64,000 nucleotides of DNA, taken from NCBI GenBank assembly GCA_051530055.1, contig CM121342.1:8091389-8155388 (forward strand), written 5' to 3'. The notes beneath the pieces were generated by a model. It had not been told where the DNA came from and did no database searches. It worked only from the letters and a program-made list of their open reading frames with translations. Below, piece after piece: positions 33,348 through 45,230 of the stretch (within the stretch, counting starts at the first letter, position 1; the number at the start of each line of letters is the position of its first letter). A program made the translations under genes and the position numbers. The stretch comes from Neoechinorhynchus agilis. Lineage: Eukaryota > Animalia > Acanthocephala.

Positions 33348-36300
33348 TATGGAATCGTTGGAGAAGGGGAGCTATTAAGGAAGGAAAGGCGACAACGATT
33401 AGAGATTCGAGACCGCTATTTTTATACTCTCATGTCAACCATGTTGCTTTTCGACATCTTTTTTATCATGTAGCGATGGAAAAAGAAGCATAAGTGAATA
33501 AGAAAGCGATGAGCGCCTGTGATTCTGTATTTGCCGGCTGATAATCGCGAGGATTTGAGCAACATGGTGATGAGACAAAAGACCAAATATGAATACGTAC
33601 GGTGGTGCAATAAAGTTGATCGGTATCGATTGACGAGTAGTAATCTAGAGCCACTGAACGAGGGCGGTCCACAATGAGATACCGTGCCAGACGACTATGT
33701 TGATAATGCATGACTAAGGAACAGTCATCTACGCCTTTGTGCTAATGCTTACACTCACTCAAAGACAACGAAGAGAGATTGAGAATAGGAAAGCAAGGCT
33801 ATTTCTGAAAAATACTATTGATAGTATATCGTTAGAATATAGCGTTTTATCATAAGAGGCAGTCAATATCCGTCCATAACTCTCACGAAATTCTTTGATG
33901 AATGTAGCGATCAAAACGACGGGCGGGAAGAGGAAATAAGAACGTTATGAAACAATTGAATTTTAAGGATCTTGAGAAATTAGAAAATTAATTACATCTC
34001 ACATAAGTGATTCGATTGCTCGAAAACGTTAAAAAAAGGTTGGCTCGGCATCAACAAACGGGAAGCAAATAGCTAAGACATTTCTCTGCTTCTAGTACAA
34101 ATTCCGGTGTTGATATCTATCAAAAACATATTATCGTCAAAACAACAAATTTTTTTTATACTCATAGACCAATACGGCCAATTAGTGACATGAGACGACA
34201 AGACCAAGGTATTTTTAATTTTTTAACATTTTTGAAAGTTTATAATTTTTGCCGATAGAAACTTTGGAAATTAGATGGAAAACACGAAAACAATTTCCTA
34301 GTCAATAAATTATTTCAATTTTTTAGAAATGAAGATAATAAGTTTGCAAGTCCTTCATAATGCGTTGGACGTCTCAACCTTTAGAAAAATTCTAAAGGAA
34401 AGTGCGCAAGACTTCTATTTAGGTTTTGGGCATTTTAAAGAACTAATGTTAATACATTTCAGAATTGACTAAATCATAAATCTGTTTTTAAGACTTTAAT
34501 CCGCCCAGAAAAGTGTAGTATAAAATTTCGTTGATTTCGCTTGTGGGAAGCGATTGCATGTCTTCACATTTATTTGCTGTTCCGATTTCACAACGCAATG
34601 TGCTCTAAAATCTCAGAGATGTGATATACGACCAATCGAACTTGAGAGAGCGCTTAATCTTTTGAATAAAACGATTCATCCGCCATAATATGGATAAACC
34701 GAAATATTAAATTCGAGAATAAAAAATCATTACGAATCGAATGTTTAAAACGCTACTGCACAAATAATTAAAGCATTTCTACAAGTAAAGCATCGTCCTC
34801 AAAAGACAAGATTACATTGAACATTAAACCTATCCATCGAATTATCGGTTATTCAATTGAAAAACGCATTGGACTCCCTTTATAAATAGATATAATCCGG
34901 ACCGAAAAGATATGCATTACGATTGTGCCATCAAATGTGTTGCGTGATCAGAATTACTTTGTTTACGGGCCAAGCCTAACATCGGGCATAAGTAATCTCG
35001 GAGAGATATCTATTTCTGGAAGATTTTGGAGGGACTTTGTGGAATGACTGCAGTGTCACACAAAAATTGTTCTCGTGTACAAATTTGAAAAAACTTTAGC
35101 CATGACAACATCAAAGCATTCATAAGATAGAAATGATGTGGTGATCATAATCTCTCGGATGTAAAATATTTTATTGAATCGAGATATTTTGGGAAAGTTC
35201 GAACACTTAAACAGTGGCTGACCCCGAAGGATTCTCTCTTGATGATTTTTTTTGAATAGTTCAAATTAGATAGTTCAAGTATTTTCTTTAAAAATTGGAC
35301 TAAAAAAGACAAAATACCCACAATTTTCAGCATCATGGATGCCATTTCGCACCAGGAAATAACTGAAATGAACAAGTACACAAAAATGTGTGTGCATTTG
35401 TTATAGTATTTACGATAAGCACCAAATTTTAGACCTTTTAGATTTGGGATAAATTGCACAAAAAACGATTGTCTTCGCTTCTCCGTTAAGGAATGTAACC
35501 CCTCGTCCTTTATACAGAAAGATTAAGCACGTCTGGTGCCTCAAAATAAAACATTTCAGCATTAGTGTTATGTTTCGCGTAGAAACATAACTCCGGCGGC
35601 ATTCGTTGAGGTGGGAAATCAGAAAACAATTCTATCGCACAACATCCACGGGAAACCAATTATATTTCACTGGCATGTATGGGAAAAACGAAGGTAAAAT
35701 AATAAGCTAGTTTCATTTTGAATTTTACTGATGCAAAAAACGAAGCAGGGCATAGAGTAGACAATTAGGACGAAACCATTCTACACTTTTACCATGGAGA
35801 GCCAACGATTGTTGGCGTGAGTAAGCAAGCTGATATAAAAAAACTTTTTAAAACTCAAGATTACTAAGCAAACGAAGAAGGGTCATTTTGGGAAACTATG
35901 CGAGCAAAAATTCAGCCCGTGTGATCCAAAGACTTTTTAAAATACGCAATCTTTTTACCTCCGGTTACTCTCCGATTTGTTGAAAATACTTTACTTACCA
36001 GAGGATTTCATGTAACTTTAAACTCGGTGCACTCGTCTTATTTGTCCAAATTTGTTTGCATCGAGAGGATAAACGAATGAGATCATTTATTACTGGTCAC
36101 AAGATTGGACAATGATTTTGGGGATTTTCCTCAATACACAATTTCAACAGTGGAGGTGGTTCTTAGATAGCGTGCAATTCAATTTACTTTGAACCGAAAT
36201 AATATTACATGCAATTACTTCGGAAAACCAGAATTATCCTCTTTTTTTAGAATTTTTATGTGCCTCAGTTGGTAGTCTTTTGATAGATTCTTTTTCCATA

Positions 36301-37788
36301 CACGGCCGAATGGACACACAGTCCACCGATTTCGGTCTTTAATTTGGAAACCAAAAATGCTTTGAATAAAATACGAAAAATTACTGAAAACATGAAAAAT
36401 TGCTTTAAGCCTAAAAATTCCGCATAACAATAATCTCCACATCAACATTTCAACATTTAATCAACAAGAAGATTTGGTCTCGGGTTTTGAATTGCTGTAG
36501 ATTAACATGCATATCGGACCACATCGAGATGCGATCGTTTCGGTCCTAATAACCGGATTTGACTGTGTGTTATACTCATGTAAATACATTTGTTTCGGTT
36601 CTTTAGAATTTGGCCCTGTTAAGCGGTTGATCCGATTAATCTGTGATTTGACTATATTTCAATTTTATCTGACTGCTCAGGCGAAAACAATGAGTGGAAA
36701 ACTACAACAGAATTTAAGCCAGTTGTTTAAAGACATTTAGGATAGATTTCTTGATTCCGTCGTGGTGGCAAGAGAATAAGAGAACAAGTGAACTTCGTTA
36801 AGCTGTAGAAAGCACTTGTTGTAATCGAGAAAAAAGGCAGAAATAAATTTGACTTTTTTGAGAAATGAATAGGATACTAACAAAAAATTGGAAAACGATC
36901 ATAATTAGATCATCCTTAGAAAAATGCATTGGCTACAGGCTTATTGGAATTTCAAAATCAAAGGGAGACGATTAGTAAAAATGTAGTTCCCCAGGAAGAT
37001 TCTTTAGATGGAAAACTTGATCGTTTGAGAAGACAAAACTTCTGTCATGGGAAGCGTACATGTCCGTTGAAGAAAAGCTTAGAATTTCGGAACAAATTAA
37101 AGCACTATAATTGAGAAAATCGCACTCACCACAAGACTTGGGCATGTTAGCAAATGCTAAGCTCCCTAAAGTACATTTAAATTTTTTACGCAATATCTTC
37201 GCTTCATTGATATGATATTATGTAACCGGGCAAAGTTATTTTTGGCAGGTTGAGCAATGACAAAAGCCTCAAGGAATCTCTAAATTGTCTCGCAGAGGCA
37301 ACTCGTCATATAGTTTCTCAGAATGACGCGGGGCAAACCCGGAGAGCAAAAGCAGAGATGAAAACTAACGAGGAGCAGGAGAAGCAAGTAGAAAGTGTAA
37401 ATAATTTATGTTTGCGGGATATACGAAAAATGCCACTTTGCCTTTGAGTTTTTAGGGGGAAGAGAATGAGAAATATCAGCCGAACTCAGAACCATTAAAA
37501 CCCAAACCATGATACTCTAGACTGATTGATATAAAACCAAATCCGGTCAATTGATTATTAGTTCAAGAATCAATAAAGGTCGCTGCTATGACAAAAAGTC
37601 GAGAACTAGTGACTTAAGTGTGGGTATTGATAAATTTCAGCATTGAGTTGATTTAAAAAAGGTACAAATTCTTTTAAGAAAATTTTAGCGGATACAAACT
37701 ACTCTAAAATAAAATTCATTTCCCTTTTGACTGAAGCAAAAAATCATATCAAGAAGATCCTTTGGGATGGTAAATATTTAATGGTTTT

Positions 37789-37989
37789 TGAACATAATCC
37801 TGGTTCAAGATTCCTTTATTATTAAATATTTCACGGGGAAACCTCCCCTCATTGGTCATTGTAAATTGTTTCGAGATAAAATTGAAAGTAATAAAGCTGT
37901 TTTTCACAGTGAGAGTTCTTTAGCGATGAGTTTTCCTCTTTCGATATATTTCATAATAATGCAGGAATCTTGAACCGAGATTATGTTCA
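37789..37989. mobile_element. ~200-bp intergenic MITE-like element
   Basis: tgaacataatcctggttcaagattcct ... aggaatcttgaaccgagattatgttca (25/27 inverted match). Confidence 0.75.
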
Positions 37990-38349
37990 CCGCCATCCAA
38001 AGCAATAAATATCATAAAACGACTGTACATTGTAACAAAATGCAAAAAGTTTAACGATAGATTTCTTGTCTTGGATTATTATCTCCCGAGAAAAGATTGC
38101 GAAAAAGGTACATAGCTTGATCATTTTTCAATACTTCAAAACAATGACAAACCATGGGAAAATGTCGGAATTATGTGCAATATCGGAAATTAATTGGTCA
38201 ATTTAAATTCGGGAGGGGTGGTATAACTAAGAAAAGGAAAACATAGATTAATTAAAAGCTCCTCAGTTCAGGACGAATCAACGCCATAATTTTAAGCGGG
38301 TTATTTTCCAAATAATATTTGAATAGTTAAAGAGAAAATCCATGAGTAT

Positions 38350-38441
38350 GTGGAAGTGGGGAAATTACATATCCAAGAATCACTTGGACGAAATATTTCA
38401 ATTAAAGTCAGTCTTTGATATGTAATTTTTCCCACTTGCAC
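38350..38441. repeat. Short foldback hairpin
   Basis: gtggggaaattacatatc / gatatgtaatttttcccac. Confidence 0.55.
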
Positions 38442-38560
38442 AAATATTCCAATATCATAAAGGATCGTCTAAGATTCAATTTCGTGTCAATATAAAGCGA
38501 AAAAACCCACAATTTCATAGCGTAAAATCCAAAACACTAAAGGCGACGTCCGTGCGGTGT

Positions 38561-38579
38561 GCGCATGCGAATGACGTCA
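38561..38579. promoter_or_regulatory. Adjacent NRF1-like (GCGCATGCG) and CRE (TGACGTCA) motifs ~390 bp upstream of HFM1
   Basis: gcgcatgcgaatgacgtca in a locally GC-richer patch; function is inferred. Confidence 0.35.
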
Positions 38580-38959
38580 CACATGAAAAAAAGATCGCCG
38601 CAAGAATTTCTCACGTCCTTGAAATCCAAGAAGGTTCAACAATTTTAAATCATTTTCTGAATGTCATGAGTTCTGAACGGCAAGATAGCGTCGATCCATT
38701 TATAAGGAATCTAAGAGCGTTCCAAAACGAGTTTGGTTGTGTTAAAGGTCATCTTATGAACGGTTTATCGATGAATCGGACGATAAAACGAAAGCTCTCA
38801 GAAACTAAGAAATGCGAGAAGTGAGTTGCATTCATTTGAATTCACCTTCTTTTTGAACATAAACGCAGAAATAAACGACGATGTTCTCGAAAAAAATCGA
38901 AAAAGTCCGCATCAAAACCGCTGGAGCCCTCGAATGTAACTCTTCCCTGTTCGAATCCA

Positions 38960-41900
38960 ATGGGTAACATGCTTAAAATACGTGAGTTTATATGAATTTA
39001 TTTCAGTTTTTTTTTGTATTTGATGGCTAATAGCTGAAAAATACCAATCGATTTTCATGGCAAATATGTCTCAGTTTAATAAAGTTCAAGAAACTGTGAT
39101 GGAAAAAGTATTTTAGAATTTTTTTAAAGCTCACTTTATAGTTCAATATATTTAGGCGTTTTTTAGTTCGGATTCTATTGTCGTTTGCGCGCCGACGGGT
39201 TCGGGAAAGACGACTATATTCGAAATGGCAATCGTACGAATGCTTATGGATAATAATGACGATCCAAGTGGATGTTGTTGTCTCTATTGTGAGTTTTTGT
39301 TCAAAAATAGGCAACTTTCGACATTATTGTTCGTTTTGCCATAGTGGCACCAACCAAATCCTTGTGCCATGAACGATTTACCGATTGGACAAGACGCTTT
39401 TCATCGCCGCCTTTTAATTTGTTGACCAATCAAATAACCGGCGATTCCAACGAATCGGATCTTGTTGGTCTTGATCGATCAAATCTTATTTTCTCAACTC
39501 CGGTTGGACTTTCCCTTTTCGGTTGTTTTAACTCATTTCTTTTGAAGGAAAAGTGGGATTCTCTTACTAGAAGATTCAGTAAATCAAATCCTTTAAATCA
39601 AAGATTGAAACTGGTCATGATTGATGAAATTCATATTATTAGTGATAAGGAAAGAGGACCGACCTTAGAAGCGGTCGTAACTCGAATGAAGGTTCATTTG
39701 CCTCATTTAAGGCTTGTTGGAGTATCGGCTACGATTCCTAACGGCGATGATGTGAGTTGTGCAATTTTTTAATTGCTCTTTAAAAACTATACATTTCTTC
39801 AAATAATTTCGATCCCTTAACGACCTTTTAAGTGTGCTATTTTCTCAAACAAATTGCATACTTCTTTATTTTCAGATTTATTACAAATTGGACCTTTTAA
39901 AGTTCAACTCACATAGTCAGGTTTTGTTTCTTATAATTATGGATTTTTTCCCTATAAATTGGACTAATCATTTTGCATTTTGACCAAACTCTTCAACTGT
40001 GATCGGGATTTACAAAATTAAACGAATTTTAAGCAAACTAAAGAAAAACCTTCAGTGTGTATTGTAAAATTCAACTCAGATAATCAAGTTTTGTTTCTTA
40101 TAATTATGGATTTTTGGTACAAATTTGACTAATCATTTTGCGTTTAACAATGATAAAAAGTTGCTATTATTGAACAATACTACGGATTTGAGTGATTCGC
40201 GCTGCATGTAGATGCTGCGATCTGTTTCATATTTTCAGGAAGTTCCCTGGACGGAATTATCCTCACCTAGTTTGGTATTTCTTTAGTTAGCTTTTTAGAG
40301 CAATGAGAATTTGCATAAAATAACAACTAATTTTTTTTAAACTAATCCCTTTGTTTCCTTTAAAGATCTCCAGTTGGTTTCGAACCTGTCGCCGACCGTC
40401 GATCTCATTTACGTTCGATCAATCATACCGACCAGTTAAACTAAAGACAATTGTTCTTGAGTTCTACAGCTCACCTACATGGACAAACTTTCGATTCGAC
40501 ATTAGTCTCAACTATAAACTCAGCACTGTGATTCGGACATATTGTTCCGGCCGATCGACTCTTGTGTTTTGTGGAACCAGGAAAGGAACCATACAGGCGG
40601 CTTCTGTACTCGCCTCGAATTTTCCAGTTCTAAGCAAATTCAGTCAGCTTGCTTTAAATAAAAGGTTCCATGATTTAAAACTTAAAGGTACACACTTTTA
40701 CTCTAACTTTTCATCGGTTGTTTTTATACTAATAAGAACTCATGTCCCATGGAATTGCATATCATCACGCGGGATTAGACTTGGAGGATAGAGTGGCCAT
40801 TGAAGAAATGTTCAAAAATGGAGATATATTCGTTTTATGTGCGTTGGTTTTAGTTGCGTCTTAAATGCACTATATAAGTCTCGATTTTAGTCGCCACATC
40901 CACTCTCGCGATGGGTGTCAATTTGCCCGCAAGTGCGGTTATAATAAAGTCGACTTCTTATTACAGCGAAGGAACTCATTGCGACTACAATAGCAGTCAA
41001 TTGCTTCAAATGATCGGTCGAGCTGGTAGACCGCAGGTGACTTCTCTTTTTTCAAAGGGAATAATGTAGCTTTATGTGAGTAGTTTGGCGAAACCGAAGC
41101 CATTGTTATCATCATGACGAAGACGGGCAGTCAAGGAAAATACATTAAATTATTGAACGGATCTGAGACTGTTGAGAGCAGGTAATTAAAATCGTCGAGG
41201 GGCTTGAAACCGAGAGTCGGAAAAGGAATTAATCAACTTTTCACAGAATGCCTAAATTTCTAAAATGCACCTTTGCGTCCATTTAATATATCTTATTATA
41301 CATTTAGCCGATTTTAATCCCTTTTTCGACGCCCGGGTCTTTTTTAGGCAGTTTCGGTGAGCTAACCGTATAGTTTCTTCAGCAAAAAAACAGATTTTTT
41401 GTCTTAAACTTCCTTTCCACAACAGCAATATAAAGCAAAAAATCATCATTTCGTTCTCAAATATTTCGCAAGCGAATTCTAATTGACGTAGTGATTGAAA
41501 TAAGCAAATTTAACTTGGTAAAATCGATAAACACTTTGGAAGTATTATTTAAAGTCTTTACCCGGTAAATACTTTTTTTATTAAATACGTTTCGAACACG
41601 GTCGGGTTCATCATCAGTCTGTTAGTTATTGAAATAAAAAATTATTTACCGGTGAAGACCTAAATAATGCTTCCAATCATATACCGCGGTACGTCTTCAC
41701 ATATCAACATTTAGATAAGCACTTTGATTTTCTTTGTTTCGAACCCAAAGTGATTAAAGTAAATTAACAACTACATTCATTTTTTTATCTCGAGCAGTTT
41801 TTGTTGCCTGTTTTTTGGTTCTTGTAGACAGATATAAATTTTTAAACAGCTCTAGCAATTGCCTTTTACAAACTGAGATGTTTCGAGATCCGCAAAGACT

Positions 41901-44895
41901 TAATAGAAAATAATTTCCAAACTATTACTCATTTGATTCGAATAGCCTTCATTCCCGACTGATTGAGCACGTGAATGCGGAGATCGTGTTGGGAACAATT
42001 AGAGATTTCTCAGATGGCACAAGTTGGATTCGATCGACATTCATGTTTGTTCGTATGTCAAAAGAACCAAAAAAGTATAAAGGTACATTGGGTTCTTTCT
42101 AAACTTCCAAATATAGATGTTGCCCGTTTAGAAGTCTTAAAGTGTATAATAGATATAGACGACGGAGGCGAGGACAAATTTGTGGATAAATTGTTCTTAA
42201 AGTGTCTTGAGCAACTCACAAGTGCGAATATGGTTATTTACAATGAAGATGGGTTATGTTTTCAATCCTCACGTACGTTCATTTGTGATCGATGCCATTT
42301 AATGCAATTCTACGCGTAGAACTTGGAATGATCATGTCGAAATACTGCGTTAGTTTTGTGACAATGAAGCATTTGTTGAAACTTTCTTACAGTACCAAAA
42401 TGTCCGACCTGGTGCGTATTCGAGTTTTCCTTTAATAACGGTCTCATCTGTATAGTTTAGCTTATGGAAATATGCAAAAGTTCTGAAATCGTTTCCGATA
42501 TTGTTGTTAGAACAAATGAGAAATGTGTACTGAACGCGTTTCATCCTGACAACAGAGCTCAAAAGAATAAGAACAATGAGAATAATTCAAGTTCTTACAA
42601 CGTTTTTGTAGTCTTTGTTGACGTTTTATTTAGATGGAGATTCTGAATGCACTCAGAAACATGTTCGATTTAAATTAAAAGCAAAAATCAAAACAAGTGA
42701 CATGAAATGCTATACGTACGTTTTTAATTTATGTGCTATACCGATCAAACTTGCGGTTGTATTAAAGTCTCGCAAATTTCAGACAATCGTTAAATTGTGC
42801 CATAATCCGTTCCCCTTTTTAGTTAAAATAATCGCTGATAATTTTTTGAAGTTCTTAATTTCGCGTCTCCCAGCTAACCCACTGCGCAAATTGATAAAAT
42901 CGATCACTAATAGCATTTTCATAGTCTGTAAATGATCTTAATTCTCATTTAGATTAATTCAAGTGTGCCTCGGTTGTCTGCCCCTAAACGATTTTGCACT
43001 AAATCAAGAAACAATGCGTATAATGCGTGTTGCAAACCGATTACTAACAGGTTAGTTCGCTATAATTTCAGATTTGACCGTATTGAACGTTCCTTAGCTT
43101 TATACGAAACAGTTGTGATCCGACACAATCACGAACTCGACAATGAAAAAACTAGACAGTCTGGCAAGCTCATTTTGAACACTTGTTTGTTGTTAAAATC
43201 AGTAAGACTCAAAGTCTGGTACGACAGCCATCACGTCCTTAAGCAGTTTCCTGGAATTGGTGATTTTTAAGCTTTTTAAACCGTTTTCTCATTTATACTT
43301 TAATTAATTAGGACAAGCAATATCGAATGCCTTTGTTAATGTCGGCATTCACACACTTGAGACATTTTCAAATCTCGATCCACTTCGAATTGACATGGTT
43401 TGATATGTTTATGTTTTTCTTTATCGTTGATTTTGAAAAGATTGCATCGAGGCACTCTCCGTTCGGTCATTCTCTTCTAAATCAAGTTCGATCACTTCCT
43501 AAACTAAGTATTTCCTTTCAAACACAGGTAAAAAATTACACTATACTCTGACTAATTTGAAACTAAAGGAACTCAAACAAACGCTAAAAATCGTAATCAC
43601 TTTATCTAATGTCGAAAACGTATCTCATAACTCTCAAGTGCGAAACCACACATTCGTAGTTCTCGTTATTTCCTCCGATACGTCTAAACTTTGGTTTCTG
43701 CGATGTCTCAGGATATGCAACATGCTTCCTTCCGGCACTTATACAATCTATGTGGATAATTCTGGGATGGGTGGTGCCATCAGTGCAATGTTGATCAATT
43801 TAAACTTGAGTACGATTGCGTTTACTGTGATCTTGTTTCAGTGTCTGTTTAAGTTGGCATGGATGCTAGTGCTAATCTGAATCTCCCACCAATTTATGAT
43901 GAAATTGAGGATTTACTCGAAGAAAAGTGTACGGATGATCAATCTTGCCAGAGAACAAAACTTTCTAGGAAAGGTTGGTCGAGATGCAGTTTGTTAAAAA
44001 AATCCTTATTTCCTTCATTGTTTGACTATCAAATGTTGATCGCTCTTAACACTCGATATCGATTATTGGAGTATTTATTCTCCAGTCTTCAAATAATGGA
44101 CTGGGAAGCTTTTCGTGTGTTAAATTACGCTCCACATTTGACTGAAAACTGATAAAACGACCAATGCTAGTGGATCGCTTTCTATACCTTTTGGCACAAA
44201 TCGCTTGAGTCTAATTAATTCTTTAATTCAGAAAAACCCGATACGAAGAAAACTGAAAAGGTCACGATTGATCATTATTTACAATCGGCTATAAGTTCTG
44301 CCGATATGAATTACTATTTTGACCATTCAGTAAGTTTTGCTATTTTGTCCCATTTTTATACTATGAATAACATTAGCTCGCCTGGGACGAAATCAAAGTG
44401 GGAGAAAGTAAAGAAGCCATGGAAGTAACTGACAAATCATTATTTGATTTGTTTGATGAACAAAGTAGTGAAAAAAATATGATCGAGCTGGATACAATAA
44501 GTCCGGATACCGGATACATGAGTAATCGAGATGATATTAACGATGAAGATTTAGTCAAGTACGCCAAAGAATTGGATATTCCTCCTTTAAATAGTGACGA
44601 CGACCTTTTCGGCGCTTTCGATGACCAAACCAATATTCCAATAGTCATGCCGAATGACAGGAAATGTAACCAGGCAGCTTTCCATTCTGCCCGTTTTGAG
44701 GATAATGTATTAAATGAAAGGACAAAAAGTGTACAAAAAACAATCGATAGTTTTGATATCGGCAACTTTGGAGTTCAACAGCGTTCACTTACTGCCAATA
44801 GCGGAAACTTTCTGAACGACAAAAGCAATGCTGTTCAAGATGAATTCTCCCAAATGTTTCTGTCTTTATATGGTTCTGAATTTAAGTTTGAATGA
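38960..44895 (+). CDS. HFM1: Meiotic helicase HFM1/MER3 (~22 exons; C-terminal exon linkage less certain)
   Basis: [96 protein letters not shown]. Confidence 0.9.
41537..41700 (-). mobile_element. Second copy of the hammerhead-core foldback repeat, in an HFM1 intron
   Basis: Minus strand CTGATGA-T-GAAC-ccgaccgt-GTTC-GAAA-CG-TA (41617-41586), enclosed by inverted arms similar to 19300-19560. Confidence 0.7.
44028..44142 (+). other. Candidate non-canonical AT...AC intervening sequence near the HFM1 3' end (115 nt)
   Basis: gac t|atcaaatgttgatcgctcttaacactcga...tcgtgtgttaaattacgctccacatttgac|tg aaa. ~30-bp imperfect inverted repeat; removal links two otherwise unconnected open frames. No homology check was possible. 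Confidence 0.45.
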
Positions 44896-45230
44896 CCTAA
44901 TATCGTTTTTCCTACCTCGATCGAAGTTCAGTTTTATTGCAAATGAACCATGTTTTAGTTTTGTTTATTAAAGTCAAGTTTTGCTATTGTTGCTTTTGAG
45001 CACTTTTATCTACAAATGAGAGCTTTAAAAATAACAGAAAAAGGCTTTTCGAAACTCCGCGAAACCGTTCATGACTAAAACATGACTATTTGTCCGAGGC
45101 GAATTGTTGCGCATCCCATTCTGCTTGTTGGTAAAAGTTGAAATTATACGAATAGCTATTTTGTGGAAAGCCTAAAATATCAGTGGCTCTAATATGACCC
45201 ACAACTTGTTTCATAACTAATCCCTTTTCC

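Noticed and set aside
33400-37500. Scattered short ORFs (60-105 aa)
   Set aside because: No recognisable motifs or consistent exon chain; probably decayed repeats or noise.
39901-40145. ~170-bp direct duplication in an HFM1 intron, and similar short duplications at 25165-25280 and 26360-26490
   Set aside because: Ordinary local tandem duplications with no further structure.
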